The notes under the pieces were generated by a model. The model had not been told where the DNA came from, searched no databases, and saw only the letters and a list, made by a program, of their open reading frames with translations. Shown here piece by piece: positions 50,054-62,727 of a stretch of 64,000 nucleotides of DNA. The position numbers and the translations under genes were made by a program. The stretch is from Lama guanicoe (lineage: Eukaryota), in the NCBI GenBank assembly GCA_013239625.1, contig MU053365.1, forward strand, positions 622,001 through 686,000, given 5' to 3'. How positions within the stretch are numbered: position 1 is the first letter of the stretch; each line of letters opens with the position of its first letter.

Positions 50054-50553
50054 TGTATCAGTTCCCTGTGGCTGCTGTCACAATTTACCACAAACTTGAT
50101 GGCTTCAAACACAAATGTATTCTCTTTCAGTTCTGGAGGTCAGAAGTCTGAAATGGATCTCACTGAGCTAAAAGCAAGCTGTTGGCAGGGCTATATTCCT
50201 TCTAAAGTTTCTGACAAAGAATTGGTTTTCTTCCTTTTCTTCTAAGAGTTGCCTGCATTCCTTGGCTCGTGGCCCCTTCCTGTACTTCTAAGGCCAGCAG
50301 TGGAGCATAGTCAAATCTCTCTCACCTCGGCTTTCGTCATCACATCTCCTCAAACTCTGACCCTCCCGCCTGCCTCTTATGCAGACCCTCGTGATAACAT
50401 TTAGGGCCCAAGCATACCACCCAGGGTTATCTCCCTGGCTTAAGACCCTTAGTCACATCTGCCAAGTCCCTCTTGCCTTTTAAGCAACATAGTCACAGGT
50501 TTCGGGGATAAGGACATGGACATCTTCGGAGGGACATTATTCTGCCTCCCACA
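50054..50553 (-). mobile_element. MaLR solo LTR, MLT1D-like (same orientation as AFF2)
   Basis: tgtatcagttccctgtggctgctgtcacaatttaccacaaactt...cagttctggaggtcagaagtctgaaatgg...gcattccttggctcgtggcccc...tcacaggtttcggggataaggacatggacatc...tctgcctcccaca. Confidence 0.9.
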
Positions 50554-50685
50554 AGTTCAACACTTCAATCACTCTTGTCGTCCTAGTACCTAAGGCCATT
50601 ATGTGACATATAGTAGGGCTGTGACATTCTTAGCAGAAGTCAGTGAATGCATGAAAATGATTCATTAAAAACGAATGTCTTCTTT

Positions 50686-50872
50686 CTAGCACAGGGAACT
50701 CTATTTAATATCCTGTGGTAACCTATAATGAAAAGGAATATGAGAAGGAATATATGTATGTATATGTATGGCTGGGACATTGTGCTGTACACCAGAAGTT
50801 GACACATTGTAACTGACTATACTTTCATAAATAAAATTTTTAAAATAATATAATAAAATTAAATAAAATAAA
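50686..50872 (+). mobile_element. L1 3' UTR fragment with A-rich tail
   Basis: tagcacagggaactctatttaatatcctgtggtaacctataatgaaaaggaatatg...gctgtacaccagaagttgacacattgtaactgactatac...aataaa. Confidence 0.85.
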
Positions 50873-51639
50873 GCTTTCAAATATTTCTTCTGAAAAGCAT
50901 CTCACATATGAAGAATGCCCAATGGGTGAGGCCCGTGTTCATCCACACCTGCTCTGTCATTTAATGCCACTCCAGCTGGCCAAGGCTTCGCTCTTCACAT
51001 CAGCAACAATCTCTGGGAATTGCTGTGACCCTCAAATAAGAGAATGCACGTGGAAACGCTTGCAAAGCTAAATGGCTTTCTCCATGTTATTGAGCATTAT
51101 CCTCCTGTCACTAAGAGAAAGGACCCCAGATCCCGGAGAGAGGGAGAGAAGAGGGAAAGGTCCCGCTTCTATAGAGATGTAAGGTATTATTACTCAGTAA
51201 AACTAAATAAAAATAACCATGTGAAAGTGACCCCAAAATACATTCCTATTCATATGCAACTAGCTTAATAGACTGACACAGACATTTCAATTACTTCAAA
51301 TAACTAGATGCTCAATTGCTCAAGATAAGTGGGGCCACACTCACCCTCTTACGTGGTAGTTGAGCACAACAATCAAAGCTGGATTCGTCATGTTTACATA
51401 TTACAGCAGTATGAAATCTGTGGTTACTCATTTATAAACCCCTACACATTAACCCATCAATTTTATTGATTAATAAGAGGGTTCCATGACATTGCAACAA
51501 TAGAGATGACAATACATCTTCCAACAGGAACAAAATGACTGGGAAAGGTTCCACACACCTGCAAAACACTTGAATGTGCTTCCACCAGGAACATGAAAAC
51601 AGGAGAAAATTGAGCATGAAAACAACCTTCAATCAAAGG

Positions 51640-51805
51640 GTCTTTAGAGGGTATCAAGATCAAAGCCGTCATTTTCCATTACGGGGAAGATCAAGTACAA
51701 GGAGGGGAAGGCGGATCGCCCCATGTCATCCACTGGCCAGTGTCAGGACTTGGCCTGGAGCCCAGGTCTTCTGACTCTTCACTGAGCGCCCATCTCTCTG
51801 TACCA
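51640..51805 (-). mobile_element. MIR relic
   Basis: catccactggccagtgtcaggacttggcctggagcccaggtcttctgactc. Confidence 0.5.
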
Positions 51806-52749
51806 GCCTTCAGGCACTTGGGAAGGAAGGAGAAGGTGGAAGTGGAGGTGAAGGAAGCATTTCCCTTCTCCTGTGGTTTTTAAAGAGGAAGTTGAACAGA
51901 TCAGATGAGTTTGGGAAGTTTCCTTTAAAACGCTCATGAATCACTAAATGCTAAGCAGGACGCAGTGTCTGCAAGCAACCCACTCCATGTGAAAAGGCTG
52001 TCCTATTCCAGACTGTGTGGGATTTCTTCAGGAGAAAAGGAACTTGGAAGCCTTCCAGGAAAGCCCATGGTTTGGCACAAGGCAGAGAGAGTTAGTAACT
52101 AAAGGAGGTGCGGACTCCACGGCCAAGCAAGGGACAGAAAGCCTCCTTTGTGACTGGCCATCCCAGTGTTGTCTTGGCGGCACAACCTGAGGCTATTAGG
52201 CCGAAGACCTGGCTGAATAGGAAGCTGCCTCTCCAGGCTGCCCGGCCCAGGCGTGTGGGCACACAGGCATCCACGCTGCCGAGATGAGGCCAACTGACAG
52301 AAGAGCCTCGCAGAACAGGAAAGACCACAGAAGTCACCTGGTTCAACTGTGCAGCCCTCCACTCAGCCCCCCAAGTCCTCCTCCGACAAGTGACAAGCTC
52401 ATTTTCAGGGCGCTCACGACCTCATGGGTTGGCGCAATGATCCATCCGTATGTGGCTGTGACGGGGTGAGAGAGGGCGTCGTGTTGACTCCTGCCTGTCT
52501 CTGCCCCAGACTTGAGGGCTTGGAACCAACTAGCATTTGCTGCTATTTTTGACAGCACTCCTGGAACCGTCCTGATGCTGAGGGTTTTGAAAGGAGCAGC
52601 TAGATCATCCAGTTGCACTCCACCCTCTGACTACTTCTTAAATGCCCTCTACAGCATCACCTCCAAGGAATCCAGGGACGTTTGACCCAGTTATTTATTC
52701 ATACATCTGCAAATTGATAAACCTCAGGTAAGTGCCTGTGGGCTTCTAG

Positions 52750-52925
52750 CTGGGAGTGGTAGAGCTCTCTGCATTGGAGTGTGGACACCTGGGTTTCCAT
52801 CTCAGACCTATCCTCAACTAGCTTGGTGACCTCAAGCAAATTATTTAACCTTTTGGGGCCTCAGTGTCCTCACATGTAAAACACAGCATTCGTACTGGAT
52901 AATTTTCACGGTCCTTCCCTGACTG
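52750..52925 (+). mobile_element. MIR/MIR3 SINE
   Basis: acctgggtttcc...actagcttggtgacctcaagcaaattatttaaccttttggggcctcagtgtcctcacatgtaaaa...ggtccttcc. Confidence 0.75.
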
Positions 52926-54814
52926 CATTCACCTTTTGGTAACTTTCTCTACCTTCTCCAATCGTAAGCTCATCCCTTTTGCACCACCTCTGAGCCAGCC
53001 CAACTCCCAGCATGCTCAGGACAGGTCACGAGGGCCTCATTGACTCCATTACCCCCCAAGCTCATGGATGGTGATGTGTCCACACCTAAGTAGCTCAGTC
53101 AGAGTCAAATCAGTGATTAGCCAGTACATGGAGCACAGATGGCCCCACAGCCCAACACACGAGGACCAGCTAGAACTACACACTTAGCAGTGTTTATATT
53201 ACACAGTCCTTTGCTGGAGATGCCTTGGTCTCAGTATGAGATAACCCCCCAATTCTCTGGGTGCAATGATTACCATACTGCAATTCCAAGTCAAAGTGTA
53301 TCCTATTTTGAATTCCACACTCCCAATCTGTTGCCTAGTATAAATATTATACTATGTAATGTGTAAATATTAAAATTTAACTTTAACAAGTTGAGTCACA
53401 GTCACTGGAATTCGGCCAAGACTGTAACACTTTTTCATTATTTCCAAAGAAAGACCAATTTAAGAAACAGAAACCGGTTCCAATTCACTTCAAAATTTGG
53501 CTTAACGTCAAAGAAATTTTAATGAAATTCCGCGTAAGCATTAAACATGAAGGCACTTATACGATTATTAAGTTAGCATTCAGGTTAAATAGAAATTTGT
53601 TTGGGGCCTATCACTACCGGGCTCCCAGGGCAGCGAAACCCACATCTCACAGGGCAGCTTTGACAGAGGTTCTGAGACACAACATGATTATCTGTGCCTT
53701 ATCTGGCCCCTCACTGCTGTGGGGGCACGACTCTGCCAGGGCGTGCTGGCGGCCTTGCACGTCAGACAAGGCTTGAACCACAGCTGGTCTGAGTCTTGGC
53801 GGAGGCCAGTGAGGAGCGGCTCCGAGGCCATCCCCCACTCACCTCCCTATCTCCTCTAGAAGACTGTCACCAGATAGCTTCTTGTCAACTCTTGAATTCT
53901 GGCCAATCCACCCCTGACTCCCTACTCACTCTTTGAATGAAGCTATAAAGAATCCCCAGGGAAACCTTCTACACCTTGACCTGGACCAGGTTGGGGAAGG
54001 GAATGGAGGGGGTGGCAGCTGTCCCCCACCTTGGCAACATCCATCAGTAGAGCTGGCACCCAGGTGACCCCCAGCGTTTTCCACCTGCAAGAATGAGGGT
54101 GGGAAGTCTTTGAGGACAACAAAGAAATATTTCCCCAAGTGCCCTATGATCACATTACAAAGGGAGCAATAATGTTACTTGTATCTCCCCAATCACCTCT
54201 CCCCTCATTTACCCAGAAAATCAAAGCCAAATCAAGCCTGACGGTCCCCAGTGAGTGGCAAATGTCTCCTGGGAAATGCCCACCTATGGGTGTTTTGTAG
54301 GAAACCTGCCCCCTTATCAGGGAGCTGCGCAGACCTGCTCAAAGTCCCCTAAGGAAAGTAGAGACACCCTGACTCCACACCAGGGGCATTTCTGGAGGGA
54401 ACCAGTACATTCTTGGGATGTATTCAGCTTCAAGGAAGCAGAGAGGGCTCACAATGCTGGCCTGTGGACAGAAGTTGAAATAACTGGGGATGTTTTGCCT
54501 TAAAAAAGACAAGACTCATCCAAAATTCAAGCCCATACCGGCTCTGTGTTTCAGTATCTCGAAGGGCAGTCTTGGGGAAGACGAGTAACTTCTGAGGGAC
54601 CCACCAGGGAGAGGGGACACAAGGGTGGTTGGGTCGCACCAGGGGGTGCTACACGGCTAGGCTGAGAGCTGCTGATTCAAACCAAAGGACAAGAGCCTGA
54701 TGGTCTTGGAAAGGTTCCTCGCTTCTGCAATTCTAATTTTCAGATTCTCTGAGGACAGCAGGAGCCACACTGCCTGGTCAGTGTGTGATGGAACTCACAT
54801 AGATTAAAAATCTT

Positions 54815-56191
54815 AATAGAAATAAAAGCAAGGATAAACAAATGGGACCTAATGAAACTTACAAGCTTTTGCACAGCAAAGGAAACCATAAGCAAAACAA
54901 AACAACAACCTATGGAATGGGACAAAATATTTGCAAAAGATGAAACAAAGGCTTGATCTCCAGAATATATAAGCAGCTCATACAACTTAGTAAGAAAAAA
55001 ACAAACCCAATCCAAAAATGGGAAGAAGACCTAAACAAGCAATTCTCCAAGGAAGACATACAAATGATCAATAGGCACATGAGAAAATGCTCAATATCAC
55101 TAATTATCAGACAAAACAAANNNNNNNNNNNNNNNNNNNNNNNNNNNNNNNNNNNNNNNNNNNNNNNNNNNNNNNNNNNNNNNNNNNNNNNNNNNNNNNN
55201 NNNNNNNNNNNNNNNNNNNNNNNNNNNNNNNNNNNNNNNNNNNNNNNNNNNNNNNNNNNNNNNNNNNNNNNNNNNNNNNNNNNNNNNNNNNNNNNNNNNN
55301 NNNNNNNNNNNNNNNNNNNNNNNNNNNNNNNNNNNNNNNNNNNNNNNNNNNNNNNNNNNNNNNNNNNNNNNNNNNNNNNNNNNNNNNNNNNNNNNNNNNN
55401 NNNNNNNNNNNNNNNNNNNNNNNNNNNNNNNNNNNNNNNNNNNNNNNNNNNNNNNNNNNNNNNNNNNNNNNNNNNNNNNNNNNNNNNNNNNNNNNNNNNN
55501 NNNNNNNNNNNNNNNNNNNNNNNNNNNNNNNNNNNNNNNNNNNNNNNNNNNNNNNNNNNNNNNNNNNNNNNNNNNNNNNNNNNNNNNNNNNNNNNNNNNN
55601 NNNNNNNNNNNNNNNNNNNNNNNNNNNNNNNNNNNNNNNNNNNNNNNNNNNNNNNNNNNNNNNNNNNNNNNNNNNNNNNNNNNNNNNNNNNNNNNNNNNN
55701 NNNNNNNNNNNNNNNNNNNNNNNNNNNNNNNNNNNNNNNNNNNNNNNNNGAATGTCATTCTAAGTGAAGTAAGCCAGAAAGAGAAAGAAAAATACCATAT
55801 GAGATCACTTATATGAGGAATCTAAAAAAAAGAAAAACAAAACATAACATAAATACAAAACAGAAACAGACTCATAGACATAGAATACAAACTTGTGGTT
55901 GCCAGGGAGGAGAAGGGTGGGAAGGAACAAACTGGGAGTTCTAAATTTGCAGATACTGACAGGGATATATAGAATAGATAAACAAGGTTATATTGTATAG
56001 CACAGGGAAATATATGTAAGATCTTGTGGTAGCTCACAGTGAAAAAGAATGTGACAATGAATATATGTATGTTCGTGTATAACTGAAAAATTGTGCTCTA
56101 CACTGGAAATTGACACAACATTGTAAACTGACTATAACTCAATAAAATAAAATGAAAAAAAAGAAAATAAAGGAAACCAAAAAGATAAAAA
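54815..56191 (+). mobile_element. Young 5'-truncated L1 (ORF2 C-terminal part, 3' UTR, polyA) with 9-bp TSD; interrupted by an assembly gap
   Basis: Encodes L1 ORF2-like [36 protein letters not shown]...[21 protein letters not shown] and VILSEVSQKEK. aataaa plus A-rich tail. TSD aaaaatctt at 54806-54814 and 56192-56200, preceded by TT (TT/AAAA endonuclease site). Confidence 0.95.
55121..55749. other. Assembly gap (629 N)
   Basis: Run of n characters. Confidence 1.
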
Positions 56192-56599
56192 AAAAATCTT
56201 GCTTTCCTATAACTGCAGGAGCTGCCTGGCCCAGCTCCACCTCTGGAAAGAACCTTCAAAGGGATCCTCATTCTTCCCTCTGAGCTGATCCCTCAGCATT
56301 TGCTGTACTTCACTCACCCAACTATGTATCAGTGTGCCTTTGGTCTTAAGAAAATACATAATGGGATCTTAATTAAATTACAAATTTACATATTACCAAC
56401 TGGAAATTAACTTAATAAACAATTTATTTCAATCGACTTCCAGGAACAGATTAATGGTGCAATTAATCAAATATTTGACTTGGTAAAGTTTGGATTCATT
56501 AAAGTAAACTAACAATTTGCCACTTGAAAGCACATAAGGCTTTATCGCAAACTTCTAGGCATATCTGTTGCTGTTCTTTTCACAAGAATAGAAGCACAT

Positions 56600-56685
56600 A
56601 ATATTTACAGTTGAAAAGCCCTCTCACAGGTCAACTGGTCCTGTCCCCTCATTTACAGATGAGAACAAACTGAGCCCCAGAAATG
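56600..56685 (-). mobile_element. MIR fragment
   Basis: cccctcatttacagatgagaacaaactgagccccaga. Confidence 0.6.
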
Positions 56686-57380
56686 CTATCACCTCTTATT
56701 CCTCCAAGCCCTCTGTCCTCCCCGCCCTGCACACAAACCCTTACCGTACACTTTCAGATCACGTGAGGGTGATTTTTGTTCTTTATGAGGTTTCTGTCGC
56801 CCTCAGATAATGGTTGTAAAACAGGATTGTGCGAAATGACTCTTTTATTTCACTATATCTAGTAACCTATGATCATAATAAAAATTAGATCTGTGTATGG
56901 TGCAGCGGCTCCTGCCTATGGGTGATGCCAACTAACAACGTCAAAAAGAAGTTCAAGTACAACCAGTGTCTTAGCATACCAAGAGGCACCTGCTGGAGAC
57001 CGCCACAGTTCACCTGCCAAGGCAGAATTTAGTTTTCCACTCCAGTGCAGCTGTTACATCAATCCAGAGAAGGTGGCAACGTCTTGAAGAAACTGCCACT
57101 GTATTTTCGTGCATTCAGTTTTTCAGCGTATCATTCCCTATAAGCACTGTGACTATCTCTAAAGGCATATCCCCCAGCTACCTTCTCTTGCCTTCAAGTT
57201 GAAACGTGGGCTTGACCACTTTGGCTCGAAGGAGACGATGCATTCACAGCCCTGTGAATTTTTTGATAATACCGACCCAAGATATGAAACAGAGGATGCC
57301 ACCCACTAGGCAAATCTGTTTCCCAAGTGGCCAAAGAATGCAAGACAATTGGGGGCAACTAAACGACCTTTCTAAGCCTG

Positions 57381-57545
57381 GTTTTTTCAAATTGTGGCTA
57401 TATATACATATATATTAAATAGAAAATGTACCATTTAAACCATTTTCAAGTGTACAATTCATGGACCTCAAGTACATTCACCAGATTGTGCAGCCATCAC
57501 CACTGTCTATTTCCACAACTCCACCATCCCCCACTCTCCTAACAC
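57381..57545 (-). mobile_element. L1MB-type 3' end fragment
   Basis: taccatttaaaccattttcaagtgtacaattca...aagtacattcaccagattgtgcagccatcaccactgtctatttcca. Confidence 0.8.
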
Positions 57546-57559
57546 CCACCTGCCTGGCT

Positions 57560-59055
57560 TCTGGAAAACAGAGCTCAGCAGCTCTGCATCCTGCTGCTTG
57601 GACCTCTCCATCACTGCCTCCTTCCCTGACACCTTCCATTCCTCCCACCCCGTAAATGACAAAGCCCACAAGGCTCTCTGAGTGTCTGCTCCCTCCCCAG
57701 CCCCATACGCTTTCCCACCTTGGCCAATCTCAGGGCTCAGAAAAGTATTTCACACAAAGGACCCCAGGATCTCCAGGCCATGACACCCTCCTGAACTCAG
57801 ACCCCCAAATTTCACCTGGTTGAGGGTCTTATCTGCCTGGCTTCCCAACATCTCCAAGTTCATATTATCTGACTTTCCACCGTGTTTTTCCTCTTTCTGT
57901 GCGGCTCATCCCTTTCATCGATTTCACCCAACTCCCAGTTACCCAGGCTCCACATCTGGGCCTCATCTCTGCCTCCTTCCCCTCACTTGCCCTCGCCCTG
58001 GCCACGCCCTCCTCCCTCTAGGACACATACATGTCTCCACGCCATCTTACCTTCAGAGCGCAATCCTCCCCGTTAGTTCCTATTCTACTGCCCAAATTCA
58101 AGTTTGTGTTTGTCACCTTCCTCTTCCAAGTACTTGCATGATCTCCTGTTTGATTTTACAGTGTTTAGTCTTTCCCAGGTCAGTGGTTATGACATGGGCC
58201 CAGTCCGTCTTCCTAAATTTGTCTCTCATATCTGTTCTCTCAATCCTGTGCCAGGAAAGTTGATCCCCATCCTCTCTTTCTCAATTCCAACCCTGCCCCA
58301 GCCCCTGCACTGGCCAGTGTCTGTAGTCACACACTCCCACCTGCAAAGACCCTTCTTCTACATGCCCGAAGATAAAGGCTACCTTTTCCATTAAGTCTTT
58401 TTGGATGAGCATGCCTGGAATTTGCTCCTGGAGTACACTGAATGGTGACCTTCAAAAGATATGGCCCCTTGGAACCCGTGAATGGGACCTTATTTGGAAA
58501 TAAAGTCTTTTCAGTATAGATGCAACCAGGTAAGGATCTCCAGGTGAAGTCATCCTGGATTTAGGGTGGGCCATGTTGAATGTACTTGATGGCAGTGAAC
58601 TGTACACTTGAAAAAGGTGGTGTCCTTATCAGAGAGGGGCAGAGGGAGATTGGAGACATAGAGGAGAAAGCCTTGTGAAGACAGAGACAGAGATTAGACT
58701 GACATGGCCACAAGTCAAGGAACACATGGGCCACCAGAAGCAGGAAGAGGCAAGGAAGGATTCTCTCCTAGAGCTTTCAAAGGATTTGTGGCCCTGCCAA
58801 GACATTTATTTTAGACTTCCAGCTTCCAGAACTGTTGAAAGAAAAAAAAATGCCTGTTGTTTAAGATACCAAGTTTATGGCAATATGTTATGGCAATCCT
58901 AGGAAACTAATCAACCCCTCCATCTCAGAAATCCTAGCCCCTAAGTTCCTTTTCCTGTGTATCAGTTATGCATTTTTCTCGTCTGCCCTGCCCCACAGAC
59001 CACAGCACCTAGCTCATAGTAGACGCCACTGAATATTGTCAAACAGAAGTGAGAA
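57560..59055 (+). mobile_element. Degenerate L2 relic interrupted by an MLT1 LTR
   Basis: Pyrimidine-rich L2-like body (ctcctgaactcagaccc; cccaacatctccaagttca) and an L2-like tail cagcacctagctcatagtagacgccactgaatattg after the LTR. Confidence 0.5.
58430..58912 (+). mobile_element. MaLR solo LTR, MLT1C-like
   Basis: tggaacccgtgaatgggaccttatttggaaataaagtc...tcatcctggatttagggtgggcc...ccaccagaagcaggaagaggcaaggaaggattctctcctagag...ttatggcaatcctaggaaactaat. Confidence 0.88.
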
Positions 59056-62000
59056 GGCAGGAGGGAGGGAAGAAGAGGCCTGTAGTGGGGAGGAGTGGGG
59101 ACAGACTTGAGTGTCGGCTGGAAAGTAGAAGGCTTGTCTGGATCAACACTCCTCATCCTTACTCTGAGCACAAATAATCCACCAAACTTAAATGGTACAG
59201 AGAGGACCTTCTAGGACAATGCAACCTGAAGTCAGTGTTTCTGTGGTCCACGATGTCTGGGATTAGGAATTGAAAAGAGACTAGGGAAAGGAGTGGCCAA
59301 ACTTTGGGGCTCGTCTTGGGGCCACCAAATTTTCCAGAAGACTTTTTCTTTCAAAATTCAAAAGGAGAACTCACATTTTTAAACCCACTTATTTTTTTCT
59401 TGGGCTAACATTATAAAAGAAAATGATCAGGGCACATTAATACAATTCATGCACCTCTGGCTTTTTTTTTTCCGGGTTATAACAGCAATAATTAGCTCTG
59501 AATGGGTTTTCCCCAGGAATTAAATGACTGATGGGGGTTAATGGCCCTTTGGTTTTGCTGTGGGTCATCAGCTCCCCTGAATCTGTCATTAGTCCCCGCG
59601 ATCTGCCCTGCTGAAACAGGTCATCGCTGATAACGGTCGTCCGTGCTTAAATTGAACTAATGCATTTTACCTTCACCTTCGAAGTCAGAATGGCTGAAGG
59701 ATCCTCTATCTTTAGGAACAAAGACATTTTTCCGATGGTGGAAAGAAAGTGTGACATTTTTTTTTTACAGCACATTCATAAGACTAGAGAAATGAAAGAA
59801 TGTGAAGTCTTTGATATCCCATCCAGAGGAGGAAGGGACAGGCACTGCTAGATCACCAAATGAAGTACATTCTGATTAGTCCGAGGCAAGATGTGACTGA
59901 TAACGAAGCTGATGGCGGTACATGTTCTTTCTGCCTGCAAAGGCCGACCACACTCCTGTTCTTTGAAGTTTCCTTTTGCTCCTTTGACCTTTCTTCAGGA
60001 GAGGAGGGGGTCAAAAGTCACCACCACTAAGCGTATCTGTCACTGACAAAATAACAATTGCACAAGTCACGTTGCTTTCCGGAGCCGCGAGCGTGCTCAG
60101 GCAGTGACAGACACATCAGTCTTGCCGCTCAATGCCTCGAGGGCCGAATTCGCAGCTAATGACCAGACCTGGCTGCTGGGCTGACAGCCTCCAGTTAGAG
60201 CTCCCTTCTTTGGAGTAGCTTATCCCTGTGGACAAGCAAAGCCCGCACAGGGAGCAAATGATGATGACAACATCAGTAAAGAGTGGCAGGTCCCTCCTAG
60301 TGGCCAGGAAATGGCCCAGAAGCCTGCAGAGTTGGATCCACCACAACAGGCACTTCCTCTGATTAGGATGGGAAGGGGGAGAACGATGGAGAAAACGGAG
60401 TTCCTAATCAGGGATTCAAAGCGTTGGGACTGGTTTTCTTCTGTTCACTTGTATTTTGCTATCAGCTGAGCACACACGGAATTTAAGATGTCCTCGGGCA
60501 GTTTCCATAACTCCATTCTGAGGCGCGGCCATGTTTCTGAATACAATTTTAAGACGCAGATAATTTCCAAATATAAAAAGGATTGTCATTATATGGGGGA
60601 AATTAGACATGTGACAGAAATTTTAGTTGCCATCTGGATTTTGGGTGCCCTATAGTCTGCTTTCAGCAGCAGCAATTTTTCTTATATTCAAAGTGACTGG
60701 GAATATTATTTTGGCATTATAAATTCTATTGATGTGTAAGTAAAAAGAAACGTCAAGAAAAATGAACATTGAGTACAATTATTTTGAACAATCTTGTCTT
60801 ATTTTCCTTCTGGTCATTATTGTTCTGTAAAAAATATACGTATTTATAAAGGGGAAAATGTAAAAATCTGTTGAAACATTCTTTTACAATCAGCAAATTA
60901 AATATGATCTGCACGAGCGATATAAGAAGAATATTGATGCAGGTAGAGAACGTCAAATAATGCTGGTAACCTGGCTACAGTACTGTTTAAAGGTGGAAGC
61001 AACTTCAATACAGAGAAAACCTTTTTAAAAAAAATCGTGTTGGAATCAAAAAACATTTAGAGCTAGGTCATTACAGTTTTGGGTGTACAAGATTTTTCTG
61101 AAAAAAAAAAAACCCAGTATGTGGTAAAGGAGAGAAACCCCAAATAAACAGTGGCTGGTGACAAGCTTAGAGGTGGTGATGGGGGAGGGGCTGCAGACGG
61201 CAAAACCTCTGCTGATTCAAAAGAGCTTAACTTTTAGAAGATACATTACTCAACACTTCAAAATTGCCCAATAAAACACAAATTGTAAAGACCTGGGCCC
61301 TTAAAAAAAAGGCCTATGCTATGCTATTTATCATTAGCTTGCTATGTCTAGAGCTACTGGTTTAGAACTAAAGAATTAAATTAAATGTGTGGCATTTGTC
61401 AAATTGCACTTACAAAATCACTATCTGAATATAAAACTGTCAGCTTATTGCAGACCTTCTACTGACCCTGTAGGCTCTAAGGGACATGTGTGTTAGCTGA
61501 ATTATGAAACCTCCTGTTAAAAAGAGGCAGGGTTTCCAAAGGAGCTGGGAAAGGAGATGCTTATACCACAGACCGTGGACCTGGTGTGGCCTTTCCAGCT
61601 CGAGGCAGTTTGAAAAGCTACAGCTTCTTTTAGGTTAATGACTAACCCCTACTCAGGTCTTCCCCACAAAGAGGGTATCTGTTTCTTTTTACTACTCTAC
61701 TTACCTTTATAGTTAAAACTTTCCTTGTTCCTCAAATTATTAGAAGTGGTTTTAAACATGCGATCATTCATTTTAGACCAAGTGAAAAAGACATCTCTAT
61801 TTAAACATTTGAGTGGGAGATACATATACACACTACCTAACGGAAGTGATAATATACTCATAGAAAACATTAGGACTAAAAGAAACCCTCCAGCCCTTAG
61901 GCCGTTCCTTCAGTCAGTTTCTGCAAACATTAACGTGCATCAGCCCCGGGCTAGGAACTAAGCTAGGCGCGATGGAATGCGGAGGAGGCGGGGTTGCGAA

Positions 62001-62164
62001 GACATCATTTCACTTTTCCCACGAATACTCATTCAAACGGATCTTAAGCGAAACGATTTCTTTCAATCTCTAAGCCTCTCAAATGTTTAGAAAACCAAGT
62101 CTGTGTGATTCTTTTAATATTAAAGACCACTCATGGTCTCCAGCACGGAAGTTACCTGAAATCA

Positions 62165-62300
62165 ACCAATGGTTCCAGCCAAGAGAACACTTCATCTGGC
62201 CCCTTCATTTTAAATGTGAGAAAACTAAGGGCCAGAGAGGGGCGGTGATCAGCCCAGAAAGATGGAGTGCAGGTCCCCTGAGACCCACTGTTCCTTATAT
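62165..62300 (-). mobile_element. MIR relic
   Basis: cccttcattttaaatgtgagaaaactaagggccagagagggg. Confidence 0.55.
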
Positions 62301-62327
62301 TAGATGGGGCTATGGCGAACTGGAAAG

Positions 62328-62332
<5 letters not shown>

Positions 62333-62368
<36 letters not shown>
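62333..62368 (+). repeat. (GAT)12 microsatellite
   Basis: Read directly from the sequence. Confidence 0.95.
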
Positions 62369-62370
<2 letters not shown>

Positions 62371-62439
62371 ACTGTCTGGGCAAGTCATACTAGAATCAAT
62401 GATCACATGGTGCATCTTAATTATTGCTGACTGCAAGGA

Positions 62440-62654
62440 CCATGAAAGCCTTAAGATCAAAGACTGAGGTTTCCCAGAGTAGAAGGAATTCTGCCTCCAG
62501 ACTACAACATTCTAAGTTTCTAACCTTCGGACCCAAAACTGTAACAGCAAGTCTCATATGAATTTCCAGCCGGCTGGCCTGCCGTACAAATTTCACTCAC
62601 CAGTCTGCACTCATGTGAGAGTCAATTCCTTAAATCTCTCTCTCTCTCTCTCTG

Positions 62655-62727
<73 letters not shown>

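Noticed and set aside
54910..55816. Long ORFs of 226-287 aa
   Set aside because: Artefacts of the N gap; the readable ends are L1 ORF2 fragments or their antisense.
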